Origin: Laetmonice hystrix
Lineage: Eukaryota
NCBI GenBank assembly: GCA_965235115.1
Contig: OZ249436.1
Coordinates: 23,314,001 to 23,378,000, forward strand
Direction: 5' to 3'
Length of the DNA stretch: 64,000 nt
Shown: in pieces, positions 12,545 to 25,561 of the stretch
Layout: each line of letters opens with the position of its first letter
Numbering within the stretch: position 1 is the stretch's first letter
The notes under the pieces: model-generated
What the model was told of the DNA's origin: nothing
The model's input: only the letters and a program-made list of their open reading frames with translations
Databases searched by the model: none
Program-made: the position numbers and the translations under genes

Positions 12545-13353
12545 TAAGTCTCACCACTGTACGCCAGAATAGATTCACTTGTTAATTGATAAGTAAACAC
12601 TGATCCTGAAACCTTAGCTAACGGTATGTGCATTACTCCTGTTACACTTTATAACTGGCCCAGATATTTGTTGCATGTCGACATCTATGCTTTCACCTGA
12701 GCACCGCCAGCAGAGTCGATGGGCTTAAAGTGTCTTCTTCGTGTAAAGGGTTGCGTATCGACTGATTTTGTTACAGATCCATTCGGTCCCCTTCCTGGAT
12801 TACATTGGACAGCAGTCTGTTATTAGTGTGGTGTGGTATTTAAATAGGTGACTGACTGGATGACTGACAGAATGATTGAAAATACAACAGACAACCTTTA
12901 CAATCTGAGATCCCATCATTCCACAGAGGTTACACAGACATGCAAAACGTACTTAATTAAAGATATCCAGGGTGGGAAGGGACGTCCGTTCAACACTCTT
13001 TTAAAGGGCTATAATTGCACGCTTTTTAGAATCCCAATCTGGTTCTGTCCAACCCGAACTATATACATTTGCAAGAACTGGCCTGATACCCGACGGATGA
13101 CTCATAATAACGGAGACCACTTGGAACTCTTTTGCCTCTCAACTTGTGCACGGACCACGACCTGTTCACACCCCGACTGTGACGTCAGTAGCATGTTACT
13201 CTTGCGCCAAAGATGAAAGTGAGGCTCCATGCGCTTAGACAGGGGGATTCCCCAACATGTGCTCAGTTGTAAAGTAAACAGACATTCGTACTTTCGTCTC
13301 ATTACTTGTTGCAACGGTTGAACGGCAGCATGCCACGTACGGGACGTCCCTAA

Positions 13354-14619
13354 AGCCCCAGTCCCACCAAAGCCGATTGTACGACGTTCTATGCCGTTCT
13401 ATCAAAATCTGAAATTTAGTTTACGTCGTGATGAATCGTGATGAAATCATGAAAACCCGAAGACCTAGCTACGAATCTATCATGTTCTATCCCGACATCG
13501 GCCCGACCTTCCCGACAGCGCAACGACTAAAGCAACGTTCACTGCCGACCTATGCAGATTGAGCTTCGACCTCTCAAGATCCCGGCCCGATGTATGGCGA
13601 CCTATACCAAGATTGACAAAAGATGTAGCAACGTTCTATGCCGTGCCCCAGCCGAGCTACGACCTGTCCCGATGACATCTGGTCTAGATCAGGGCTAAAG
13701 CCCCAGTCCCACCAAAGCCGAATTAGCTACGACGTGTCACGATCTGATAAATCGTGTAGAATCGGGAAAGGTCCTAACTCGGTCGTACAGTAGTCTTGAT
13801 AGATCCCCATAGGTCGGGATAGGCCACGATTGCACCCCGACAATTTTAAACTGTTCAAAACAATCGGCACTGGTCGGGAAAAAGCTCAAATCGGGGATAT
13901 ACCGTAGGTCAAACGTTGCTCAGTCGGGAATAGTCGGGGGACAATCGGGATAGTTCGTTGTTCAGTCCTGGTTGATCGTAGGACAATCGCCAGACATTTT
14001 CTAGATCTAGCCCTGACGTCATCGGGACAGGTCGTCGCTCGGCCGGGGCTCAGACGGCATAGAACGTTGCTACATCGTTGGTCAAACATCGGGTCGGGTT
14101 CTTGATAGGACGTAGCTCAATCTGCATAGGTCGGTAGAGAACGTTTCTCGGTCGGGAAGGTCGGGGGGATGTCGAGATAGAACATGATAGCACGCATCGT
14201 GATCGTTGAGAGATCTTTGGAAAACCGTTGCCCAGTCGCCGTTGAACGTGGCAATTCGTAGCTAGGTCTTCGGGTTGTCATTATTTCATCACGATTCATC
14301 ACGACTTAAAATAAATTTTAGATCTTGATAGAACGGCATGGAACGTAGTACAATCGGCTTTGGTGGGACTTTTTTGGCAATTTTCCTACGATAAACCAGG
14401 ACTGAACCACGAACTATCCCGATTATTCCCCGACTATATTCCCGACTGAGCAACGTTTGACCTACGATATAGCCCCGATCTTGAACAGTTCACAATTGTC
14501 GCGACCTATGAGGATCTATCAAGACTACTCTACGACCGAGTTAGGACCTTTCCCGATTCTACACGATTTATCAGATCGTGACACGTCGTAGCTAATTCGG
14601 CTTTGGTGGGACTGGGGCT
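13354..14619. mobile_element. PIF/Harbinger-like MITE family H1, composite (~1.27 kb)
   Basis: TIR AGCCCCAGTCCCACCAAAGC at 13354 and again at 13699, inverted at 14600-14619. Flanked by TAA/TTA. Confidence 0.85.
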
Positions 14620-15027
14620 TTAGCTTAGGCCTATCTTCTGCGATACTCCAACCAGTCAGAGTTTAGTCCTTACGTCCATACGGACTCTGACCGTCGAGTA
14701 CAAATAGTCTACACCGGGTTTAAACCACTTTTAGCGCTGAAACTTTTTTTTTTTTTTTTTTTTTTTGTTTATTTCCACAACAATCGCCTAGCATGGCGTT
14801 CTTCCTTGAGTGGTTAAAGGAAGTGTAACAGAATTCAACCTAGTTAAGACAATTAAGCATTAAAACACATTTTCACTTCCATCTGAACAGTAAACACAAC
14901 CAAAAATATGACTTATGTACAAATGGTTCAACAAATGACTAACATGAATAAAGTACAGAATTACAATAATACAGTGGGTAATGGCCAGGAGTTAATGTAC
15001 AGGAAGCAAAGGAAAATTGCAAGGGAA

Positions 15028-17885
15028 TTATAAGATCTGGTCAATGGCTCTTTTGAACGATTTTGGGCACGGAATGTGCTGAATATCAGCATGTAGCTTG
15101 TCCCATTCTTTCAAACCTCGTTGCATGGGACTTCTCAAAAAAAAGGCAGTGTGGGCTCGCCGCCGTTCAAAGCGCAGTTTACGATCACCTCTGGTTCTCT
15201 GTCTATTATTAACTATGGCTTTGCCTGCTATTGCTCTTTTATGCATTATCCGGAGTAGTTGCCTTTTCCTGCGGGTAGTTAAGAGATCTATTCCGGTTAG
15301 TGCATGTAGTTCGGCTATGGAATATTGTCTCAAGTTAGCCCGTAGGCAGAGGCGTAATCCTCGATTTTGGAGTTTTTGTAAGCGGTCATACTCAACGCGA
15401 TTTGCGCTTTCGTGCATGAATCCACAATAATCAAAAATTGGCAGTATTGTTTGTCTGTAGATTGCTAAACATACCTCGTTTGTTAGGGATTTCCGGAGTT
15501 TACCCAGCTTAAAAATACGGTTACTTGTCTGCTTGACTACTTTGTTAATGTTTTGTTTGAGTGTTAGTTGTCCGTCTAGTTCAACACCTAGATAGCAGTA
15601 GGTTGTAGTATGAGGTAACAGTGTATCACCCATGGTAATATTGAGATCATTCAAATTCCCGATCTTATTTAAAGCCCCAAACCACATGACCATTGTTTTC
15701 TTCCTGTTAATGGTTAGACCATTAGTAATTGACCAGCGGTACAGTCGGTCAACATCTACCTGCAGTCGGGCCTCAGCAATAGCCGCTGAGTTGGCACTAA
15801 CATACAACATGATGTCATCAGCAAACATAAAACATTTACAGTATATGAATTGCTGAGTGACATCATTAATAAATAGGATAAATAAGAGCGGTCCGAGTGT
15901 TGAGCCTTGTGGAACCCCAAATTTGACATCAGTGACCGGTGACTTGATGTTATTAGCCAGAGTACATTGCTTCCGACCACTGAGATAGCTAGTCACCCAA
16001 TTCATAATGTTGGTGGGGATACCAAGTTCCGATACCTTTCGCAATAACAACGGGACCGAGACGCTATCGAATGCTTTTTGAATGTCTATAAAAGCTGCAG
16101 CTGTTACCAGACCCTGATCCCTTGCAGTATAGAGGTCATTTGTGACATCAAGTACAGCGTCACTTGTGCTAAGTCCACTGCGAAAACCAAACTGGCAGGG
16201 TGATAGAAATTCCTTTTCCTCTAGTATTGCAGTTAAATAACGATGTACGACCTTTTCTAGTAACTTGCCTGGTAATGGTAGTAGAGTTATGGGACGCCAG
16301 TTAGAAACCATTCTCAGGTTACCTTTCTTGGGAATAGGAATTACCTTGCCCACACACCAAGCACTTGGGAATATTCCAGAGTCTAAGGAGTTAATGAAAA
16401 TTGTCACAAGTCTACGGGTTAGTAGCTGAAAGGCATCCTTTAGCACTCTGGCGTTAACACCGTCCACGCCCGATGATGTGTGTACGTCGATGTCACTAAT
16501 TTACGTATAATCTGTTCGTTTACAAGCTCGGCACCACTGAGTTTAGGACCCGACAGAGAACCATCATAGTGACCCAACCACATATCGGGTTCCACTTCAG
16601 TTAGTTTCCGGAATAAGCTTTCCCCAATACCTGCAAAGTATTCATTAATGTAAGTGGCCGTTTCCGCGTGTGGAACATCGGAACCAGTGTTTTCATTTAT
16701 CAGGGAGATTACTGCGGTTGCTTTACCAGGGTCAAGTATTTTGTTTACCTCCCTCCAGAATTTCTTGGGTTCGGGCCGTGCCTCTTCTAGCTTGTTCTTG
16801 ACCCAGTCTGCCTTGGCATTACGCAACATTCTTTGTATGGTTCGCCTGAGGCCTTTGGCTATGGTCCACTCTGACTGGTCACCAGTGTTTTGGTAGAGTT
16901 TGATATGATCTTTCCTATCGGCTATCGCTTCACGTATGTCATTTGTTATCCACTCTTCTGTGTGTTTCTTAACCCTGCGTGGTTGGTAGGGACAACTATA
17001 ATCAAGGTAGTTCTGGATATTGTTTATCATGTTAGTCCACTGTAGTTCAGGGTTTGCAGTGCTATCAAAGGCCGACCAATCAGAGTGGATGAGGTAGTCC
17101 CACAGATCATATGTATTGTAATTTCTATAAGACCTACCATAAAAAGACTCGTACTCTCTTCTAGTTCTGGTTTTCTTTTTGATCGCAAAGACAGGGATGT
17201 GGTCACTAATGAGGTGGTCAATAGTACCACATGCGGAAACGACTTCACAGTTAGTTAGGATATTATCTATACATGTGCCACTTCCAGCTGCTAATCTCGT
17301 CGATTGGGTAATTAAATGTTTGAGGCCTGTCTGGCGACAGAATTCAAACATCTTTTTAGGGTTTGGGGAATTGCGCTTTTTAACATCGATGTTGTAATCA
17401 CCTACGAACCATAGCTCTCTATTTTTACAGGACTCATGTTCAAGTATATATGTTAGGTGATCAAAGAAAGCAGCTACATTGCCTGCTGGTGGTCTGTAAA
17501 TAGTTACAATCATTAACTTTTTATGGTTTGGCTGGTCTACCAGGATGCATAGTGTTTCAATATCGCTGTTGCTGAGGCATAGTTCATTGACCCGACTGCT
17601 GAAATGGGTTATTTTATCCTTAAGATAACAGGCGACACCTCCTCCCCTACCACGCTCCCTATCATTTCGGTAAATTGTTCGTCCTCTCCAATACAACAGA
17701 CTATCATCGTAATTATTATTTAACCAAGTTTCGGAGATACACACAACATCGTACCCATCTAGTTGTACCTGAACATCATGCAACTTCGGAAAAAGACTCC
17801 TGGTATTTAACCCACAGATCTTAAATCCCCTTGCAATCTCCTTTAAGTCATCCTGCTGGGTAAGCAGGTACTGAAATGTGGCCAG
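15028..17885 (-). pseudogene. LINE-B ORF2 (APE endonuclease + RT) with one frameshift near 16495
   Basis: Frame is open from a CTG at 17885: GFKICGLNTRSL, CISETWL, GGGVACY, IYRPP, GDYNID, SDHIP. After the frameshift: DIDVHTSSGVDG, WRPITLL, QFGFR, GVPQGSTLGP, FADD, YLGV. Confidence 0.92.
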
Positions 17886-18490
17886 TTACCCATGTTGATG
17901 GTTCAAGTGATATACAATGAAAGAAATAAAGTGTTTTAAACGATTCCCTCATTGAGACTATTGTCTGAACAGGGGAGAGAAGGGTGAGGCGAGGATTAGT
18001 CTCAACTTGCCGCACTGATCTGTTGAGTGCATAAATATATAATTAAACAGAACTACAGATTCATATATATACAAGTTAGGGCTCCTCTGCCCTATACGAA
18101 GGACTTCACATACTGGTAACAAGTTACAGATTCAAGCTGAGTGCATTAGAAAGGGCCAAGAAGGCCAAGATAATAGCACCACAATAATCACTGCATTGTG
18201 ATTGTTGTGTTATACAACACGGTATACGCATATAGTACACAAGTATAGGACTTAGCATGCCATCCAAGTGTGGATACATTTTACAATTCACTTTAAAGAT
18301 GCATTCGCATATCAAGGATATCCTAAGATGTAGTTTTACACATTCCGGAATTCATTTTAGATCTTCCTATCACGGTTGTGAGTTAAGCGAATGTGCAGCA
18401 GTAAACGTAGTATGGTAACAGTAGTCGTATACGCAGTATGGTGCTAGATTCGAATGTTACAATAATATTGCTTCAATACTTCCATTTAAT

Positions 18491-20263
18491 TTAATTAGTA
18501 ACACGCAAACGTTGACGGATATCAACCAAAAGTTTACCGAGTTCATTACGACCGGTGTACACCCCCTGTGTCAGGTGTTCACTTGCATAGTTCTCGCCTG
18601 CTCCCCAGAAGGGGTCCCGGGTCGATTCGACTAGTGGTTCAGGATAAGTGCTTAATAGTTCGTTACGTAGGCGGTCATGCTGCAGGTATTTGCACATATT
18701 GATTTCCATCATTACTCTAAGGCGAGCGTTATACCAGGGATGGTCATCGGGGAGGACAACTAGTTTCCCGATCCCTAGTATTTTGTAGGGATTTTGTTCA
18801 CTTAGTACCTCTTTGGCCCGTTCGTATTGCCCACAGAAAATACATTTAGCGTACTGATATGCCATTTCATTGCAGCTAAAGTTCATAGCATCCAGTGTAG
18901 TACCATCTTCCTTAGCAGGGGCGTATGATATGGTGGCTTCGTACATATTACTGAGGGGTGCATTGGGTCCGTTAAAGATTAGCCCCGAAGCAGTTTTACG
19001 GACTCGCTGAGTTGCGGTACTTGGCCGGTCACGATGATCGGTTGCTGCAGCATCATTTTGGCGTCCAGTGCCCTGGTCCTTGTCGGCTCCTGTACCGGTG
19101 TCCGTGTTTTCCTGTTGGAGATCACGGGCATTTATGTCTAGGCGTAACGACATAGGCATGATGTCATCCGGGAGCTGTGAACTTTGACTGATTTCGTACA
19201 GTTTGCCATTAATTGTTATTCCTTCAGCATGAAGAGAAACCTTCGCCCCCTGACGTCTGTGGTATCTGGCAATCTGCCTGTATTTCCAGCGGGTTCTCCT
19301 TATCTCTGGAGGTTCGTCATAATTAAACCACACGTGTTGGCCCTCATTTGCAAGATTTTTCAGTTTCGCCTTTATCCGCATTACCTTTTCTAAGGCAGTC
19401 TTATTGCTAAAGCATACGATGATTTTGGGAGGTCGTCCGGGGTCAAGTTTGGCGTCTTTGCTGATGAGTCTCGATATTCTTAACACGTCAGGCTCATTGA
19501 GAGTTACTCCGAGTTGTGCTATCAGCTGCCAGAATTGTTTTTTGACATCTTCATTTGTAGTCATTTTGAGGCCACTTATGATTAGATTTCGGCCTCGGTC
19601 TTCATGCGCATAAAGAAGCCCGGCACTGTCCTTCCCTTTAAGGGCACAAGCATAAGTCTTAGTACTATTGAGCTCTTCTTTAATTGAGTATTGCGCTCTA
19701 GTCAGTTCATCTATTTGCTTCTGTTGGGAGGCTAGTTTTTTATTGAGCAATTTATTCACCTCATTACTTTCGTTTTGGTAGTTCTTATTATCAGCCTTCA
19801 CTTTCTCGATTTCCGATGAAACATGTGTATACATCTGTGTAAACTTAGCATCTAACTCGTGCTGCATGGCTAAAATATCTTCCTTTTTCGCCATAGTTGA
19901 AAGTTGGTTGTTCATATTTGCAAGTAGTGCAGAAATGTTACCCAGCTCTATGTTTGTCGCAGGAGTGCAGGCGCTTGTAACAGAGTCACTATTGCTGGGC
20001 ATATGTTCGGTCACACCTGGGTGATCATGTGTAATAGGTAAGGGTGTCTTTTCGGGCTCCCCACCTGTGCTCAACTCGTTGTGTGATACTTCATTATCAG
20101 ACATATTTTCACGGATTTCACTTTCAGTATGAGTATTTACATGGTCTTTTACACGTTTTGATTGGTTTCCCACACTGTTCGGTGATAGTTGGCCGGATCG
20201 CGACCGTTTTTTCCTTCCCCTAGGTTTGGTTTGCTTACCGGGGCCTACTTGCTGTTGACTCAT
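18491..20263 (-). CDS. LINE-B ORF1p: basic N-terminus, coiled coil, L1-type RRM/CTD and C-terminal NADAR (YbiA/DUF1768-like) domain
   Basis: Intact 590 aa. RNLIISGL...RPPKIIVCF...VWFNYD...ITINGKLY is ORF1 RRM/CTD-like. The C-terminus FNGPNAPLSNMY, NEMAYQYAK, KYLQHDRLRNELLST, LVESTRDPFWG, GRNELGKLLVDIRQRL is the NADAR signature. Confidence 0.88.
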   Translation of the reverse strand: MSQQQVGPGKQTKPRGRKKRSRSGQLSPNSVGNQSKRVKDHVNTHTESEIRENMSDNEVSHNELSTGGEPEKTPLPITHDHPGVTEHMPSNSDSVTSACTPATNIELGNISALLANMNNQLSTMAKKEDILAMQHELDAKFTQMYTHVSSEIEKVKADNKNYQNESNEVNKLLNKKLASQQKQIDELTRAQYSIKEELNSTKTYACALKGKDSAGLLYAHEDRGRNLIISGLKMTTNEDVKKQFWQLIAQLGVTLNEPDVLRISRLISKDAKLDPGRPPKIIVCFSNKTALEKVMRIKAKLKNLANEGQHVWFNYDEPPEIRRTRWKYRQIARYHRRQGAKVSLHAEGITINGKLYEISQSSQLPDDIMPMSLRLDINARDLQQENTDTGTGADKDQGTGRQNDAAATDHRDRPSTATQRVRKTASGLIFNGPNAPLSNMYEATISYAPAKEDGTTLDAMNFSCNEMAYQYAKCIFCGQYERAKEVLSEQNPYKILGIGKLVVLPDDHPWYNARLRVMMEINMCKYLQHDRLRNELLSTYPEPLVESTRDPFWGAGENYASEHLTQGVYTGRNELGKLLVDIRQRLRVTN

Positions 20264-21891
20264 GTCATGTAGCTTGTTTCTACAGCGTTGGTAGAGTTGA
20301 TGGCGTCAGGTACATATATCCGTTGATCAGAGTCCAGTAGGGTGCCACATCTGGTATTTGGTCACTTATATCACATCAGCACATATTGGGTATAGATCCG
20401 TGTTATTGGCGCATTGTGATTCCCCCTAGATTCCACGTAAAAAAGAAACTTTCAGGAGCCCTAAAACGCCGCGTCTCAAACGGCCGCCATCTTGATATTT
20501 TTTGAGGGTACTTGCTGAGGGTACACAAAAGAGGTTACTTAAACAGATACGTAAATGTATTTTGTTGGATGTTATCTTAGTAGGTGAAATTCTCTGTTTG
20601 TTCAAATACAGGGCAGCGCCGGCGACGACTGGGTGTGCGTATTTCCGACCTCTAGATCTATACTATAGACTAACGTTAGTATGGATCCGGAACGGACAAC
20701 ATAAGTAGGTTGCGCTACGTGTTCAAGCAGACACTGACGGCACAGAGTGAAGCAACCCGTTTCGGGTACTAGTCCTGAGCGATCTAATTTTTATCAGTTC
20801 CCGGTCACTCGGTGCGCCTGCCGATGCATTTGAGCGATGGACGCATTATTTACGGGAGGTGTTAAGAGTTGCGACAGTGACAATGCCGGGCTTGCTGAGA
20901 TTCTACTCGACAGGTGCGATTTTAATTAGACGTTTGGTCACTTGAGCCAGCCGCGAAATCGGCCGGGGCTTGTAGGATCGCCGGTAGATAGGCATACAAT
21001 CAAAGTCGTTACCGATGCCATCTTGTCTGAATGTGTCAACAAGCAGGTGCGCGTCACGTGACACCATGGAATTCCCCTGTCCGTTCCCCGTCCCAGTTCA
21101 AATGGCGTCTCAATGCGCAAGAACGGATTAACAGTGCACGGCTGACGAATTCATGTTAATATGTCCAGATTAGCGTTCCTTTCTCAGCTAAAAGGCAGCT
21201 TCGTCCTAGGATAGCGTTCTGCTTGATGTTTACAGCGTTTGGGGGAAATATAGGAAAATTGTCAACATTGGATGTATTGTAATTGGTTTAAGACTTTCGC
21301 ATGTACCACCCGCTCTTTCCTTCACCGAGGCCTTTGTATGTGCTAATGCGGAATTGTTTGCACTGGGATTTATGATCAGTAGATCCAGGCGATATAGGTA
21401 TGCCATACTTTTAAGATACACCCTCAATGCATGACCCCCCCCCCCCCCCCCCAACCCACACACATCCACATATTTTCTACAGGGACCTATATTATGACAA
21501 TTTTCTCTATTCGAACTGGCTACTTCTTGTCCTTGGCTTCCGGCGCTACTTTAAAGTAAGCCCAGCTTCAAAGCTCGAATCTCTTCTTAGCGTAGGGCAA
21601 GTTACAAAGAAATATTACACTAACTAACCTACACTAACCTTTATACGCGTTTCAACTCACCCATATTGGAGAGAAAAGGCAATAATGTTGAAAATAAATA
21701 TAAGCTGCTGCCACATGTAGCTTCAGATGTCACACCTCGGTAACATGAGACAAGGACACCGCCAACATGTCCACGAGCGGCAGGTGTGACACATGTGACG
21801 TACAAGTACAAGACTGATACGGTATAACATTCACCAAGTGTCTCCACAAGAATGACCGCAAAAAAATATGGAACAACCACCTACTGTTTAA

Positions 21892-23160
21892 AGCCCCAGT
21901 CCCACCAAAGCCGATTGTACGACGTTCTATGCCGTTCTATCAAGATCTGAGATTTAGTTTACGTCGTGATGAATCGTGATGAAATTATGAAAACCCGAAG
22001 ACCTAGCTACGAATCTATCATGTTCTATCCCGACATCGGCCCGACCTTCCCGACAGCGCAACGACTAAAGCAACGTTCACTGCCGACCTATGCAGATTGA
22101 GCTTCGACCTCTCAAGATCCCGGCCCGATGTATGGCGACCTATACCAAGATTGACAAACGATGTAGCAACGTTCTATGCCGTGCCCCAGCCGAGCTACGA
22201 CCTGTCCCGATGACATCTGGTCTAGATCAGGGCTAAAGCCCCAGTCCCACGAAAGCCGAATTAGCTACGACGTGTCACGATCTGATAAATCGTGTAGAAT
22301 CGGGAAAGGTCCTAACTCGGTCGTACAGTAGTCTTGATAGATCCCCATAGGTCGGGATAGGCCACGATTGCACCCCGACAATTTTAAACTGTTTAAAACA
22401 ATCGGCACTGGTCGGGAAAAAGCTCAAATCGGGAATATACCGTAGGTCAAACGTTGCTCAGTCGGGAATAGTCGGGGGACAATCGGGATAGTTCGTTGTT
22501 CAGTCCTGGTTGATCGTAGGACAATCGCCAGACATTTCCTAGATCTAGCCCTGACGTCATCGGGACAGGTCGTCGCTCGGCCGGGGCTCAGACGGCATAG
22601 AACGTTGCTACATCGTTGGTCAAACATCGGGTCGGGTTCTTGATAGGACGTAGCTCAATCTGCATAGGTCGGCAGAGAACGTTTCTTGGTCGGGAAGGTC
22701 GGGGGGATGTCGAGATAGAACATGATAGCACGCATCGTGATCGTTGAGAGATCTTTGGAAAACCGTTGCCCAGTCGCCGTTGAACGTGGCAATTCGTAGC
22801 TAGGTCTTCGGGTTGTCATTATTTCATCACGATTCATCACGACTTAAAATAAATTTTAGATCTTGATAGAACGGCATGGAACGTAGTACAATCGGCTTTG
22901 GTGGGACTTTTTTTTGGCAATTTTCCTACGATAAACCAGGACTGAACAACGAACTATCCCGATTATTCCCCGACTATAATTCCCGACTGAGCAACGTTTG
23001 ACCTACGATATAGCCCCGATCTTGAACAGTTCACAATTGTCGCGACCTATGAGGATCTATCAAGACTACTCTACGACCGAGTTAGGACGTTTCCCGATTC
23101 TACACGATTTATCAGATCGTGACACGTCGTAGCTAATTCGGCTTTGGTGGGACTGGGGCT
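21892..23160. mobile_element. PIF/Harbinger-like MITE family H1, composite, near-identical to 13354-14619
   Basis: Same TIRs and internal second left TIR. TAA target duplication at 21889-21891 and 23161-23163. Confidence 0.88.
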
Positions 23161-24282
23161 TAATAGGGCGTAGCCGGTATTGCCGGGGGGCGCAAAAATA
23201 GTACATTTATGTAGGTGATGTTACAAAGTATCAGCTTATGGATATGATTTCCATGTTATGTAATTGCCAAGATGGGGTGTTCCGGCAAAAAAATGAAGCA
23301 AACAAACACCCCCACACACACCCACACACACACACAAACACCCAACAGGGTAAGTATAGATTTGATTTCGTTATTTCCCTTGGTGATTTCGGTGTTCAGC
23401 TTGGATCTTCGTATATCCCTTTGGTTATTTCAGTTAGAAGATTTCTATATATTTTTTGCGATGATTTCAGTCTTTAGGTGGCAGGCAATCATGTGGAATT
23501 AGGTGGGACGACGTAGATTAAGGAGATTATAGGAATCCACATGACTTGTGGCCACACATTGTGCCTGCGCGATGAGCCAAATTGATTATAAATCATGAGA
23601 TAAATTAAATCCATCAGACAGAGGCGATTTTCATGGAGGAGGGGGGGGGGTTAATACGGGAAACCACGGGCACAGTAGCCTGAAGACGCTATCAATATGC
23701 AAATACAGCCCGCAACAAAGTTGATAGGTAGCAAATTGTATTAGCACATAATTTATTGAATTTCATAGATACATCAAAGGGAAGGTGCCGGTTTATTGAC
23801 GCCTCGCGTGAAGCGTCAGTAGAAATGTCAATGACACCAAGGATCTTAAGAAATTAATTGTCGATGGAAGTCTGATTTGCCGCTCGTTCGCTGTATGGCC
23901 TAGGTCTACGATAAGAGGGATGACTTTTTCTATATCGCCCACCATTCTGACGGTCATCTTGGATTTTGCATCCTCACAGGATTGGGCCGGTAACGGTAAT
24001 GAGAAAAACTGATGCTAAGCCACCTGACTATTATCGTGTGACTTCTCTCTCACGACGATTGGATTTATCCAATCTTGCCGGCGATGCTCCCCGAAATTGT
24101 GGTGTGGAAAATCGTGTGGCTAAAAAAGCGATTTTTCACACGAATCGTGGCACTGTCGGCGATGCATCGCCGATGCCCATACGACGTGAAAATCGGCTTA
24201 GTGGACATCGGGTTTTGATGCTCCCCGACATCGAAGGAGCCACACGATTGTCGTGTAGAAAATCGTGCGGCTGTGTCCTTAA

Positions 24283-25484
24283 AGGCTCAGTCTCACTGGG
24301 CATTTTTGGCCTCGGGGATGTTCTCCCGATCTTAATTGAAGAGCCTCGGGAGGCTTCGGGAACAGGTTCCCCGGTGTTTCGAGGAAGCCTCGGGAGCGTC
24401 GGAAGCCATGTGGAACCATCGGGAGGCATCGGGAGAACTGCGAAAAATTTCAATGCCTGCATTGAAATTCTTCCCGATGTGTTCCCGACGTTTTGTCGGT
24501 AAAACAGGCCGGGGAGGCAACCCCGTAGCTTTCCCGAGTCCCGGGGAAGCCCCGGGGATGCTTCCCCTGAGCTTCCGCGAAACCTTCGTCCCCCCGAACC
24601 TCGTGTGTTGTTTCGGCGAAGGATCAGGGAACCTCCGGGGATATTTTGATCTCCGCCGCATGTCCGGCGACCTCTCAGCGACCTGTCGGTGATACATTCC
24701 CGATGTGGGTTTGCATTCCCGAATATTCGCCGAAATGTCGGTGATGGTTGAAAGTGCATTCTTCCCATACCTCCCCAATGCTTCCCCGAGGCACCGGGGA
24801 AGCATCGGTGAGTACTTGCGAACCATCCCCGGTGCCTCGGGGAAGGGTTATTGGGGAGGCACCGGGGATGGTTCGCAAGTACTCACCGATGCTTCCCCTA
24901 ATCTACGGGGATATTTCCCCGATGGTGTTTTAAATTCGGGGTAGCTCCGGGGCACCTTCGCCGATTATCGCTGAAGGTACCCCGGGGCTTTCCCGGCCAT
25001 CGGGAGCCATCCCCGATGATTCATGGCCATTGTTCGGGGGACATTCTCTGGACCATCCCCGATGCCTAATGCGTGCCATCTGTAATGGGACTGCTCCGTT
25101 GTTTGGGCCAAAAACTTAGGGAGCATCGGGAGCCATCGGGAGCCGATTTGTGTATTTCTACATCGCCGATGATTTTTCCCCAGTGGGACCTAAGCATTAG
25201 GGGAAGCATCCCCGGGGCTTCCCCGGGCCTCGGGAAAGCTACGGGGTTGCCTCCCCGGCCTGTTTTACCGACAAAACGTCGGGAACACATCAGGAAAAAT
25301 TTCAATGCAGACATTGAAATTTTGTGCAGTTCTCCCGATGCCTCCCGATGGTTCCACATGGCTCCCGATGCTCCCGAGGCTTCCCCGGAACACCGGGGAA
25401 CCTGTTCCCGACGCCTCCCGAGGCTCTTCAATTTACATCGGGAGAACATCCCCGAGGCCAAAAATGCCCAGTGGGACTGAGCCA
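24283..25484. mobile_element. PIF/Harbinger-like MITE family H2 (GC-rich, ~915 bp) plus an adjacent partial inverted copy
   Basis: Ends (A/T)GGCTCAGTCYCACTGGG ... CCCAGTGGGACCTAAGCA (25196) with TWA flanks. 25197-25484 is a reversed partial copy ending GACTGAGCCA. Confidence 0.82.
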
Positions 25485-25561
25485 TCAGCATAAGCGGGCA
25501 ACCATACTGCCGAACCACCCTATGGAAGGGATCATCGTAACCATATGAGAATAAAGTACTA

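Larger units (their letters stand above)
14744..20495 (-). mobile_element. Near full-length CR1/L2-group (Crack/Daphne-like) LINE-B with NADAR-fused ORF1
   Basis: T-run 14744-14766 (poly(A)) after AATAAA and a GGAAGA-CGCC..GGCG hairpin. ORF1 plus APE-RT ORF2. CAAGATGGCGGCC (YY1-like) at ~20481-20493 marks a likely 5' end, but the boundary could extend further right. Confidence 0.88.

Noticed and set aside
12550..13350. Possible decayed coding fragment
   Set aside because: Coding-like composition, but multiple stops and no motif I can assign.
23966..25548. Many overlapping 100-210 aa ORFs (also 37063-38653, 41249-42022, 44490-45515)
   Set aside because: They arise from GC-rich, stop-poor palindromic MITE sequence and show no protein motifs.
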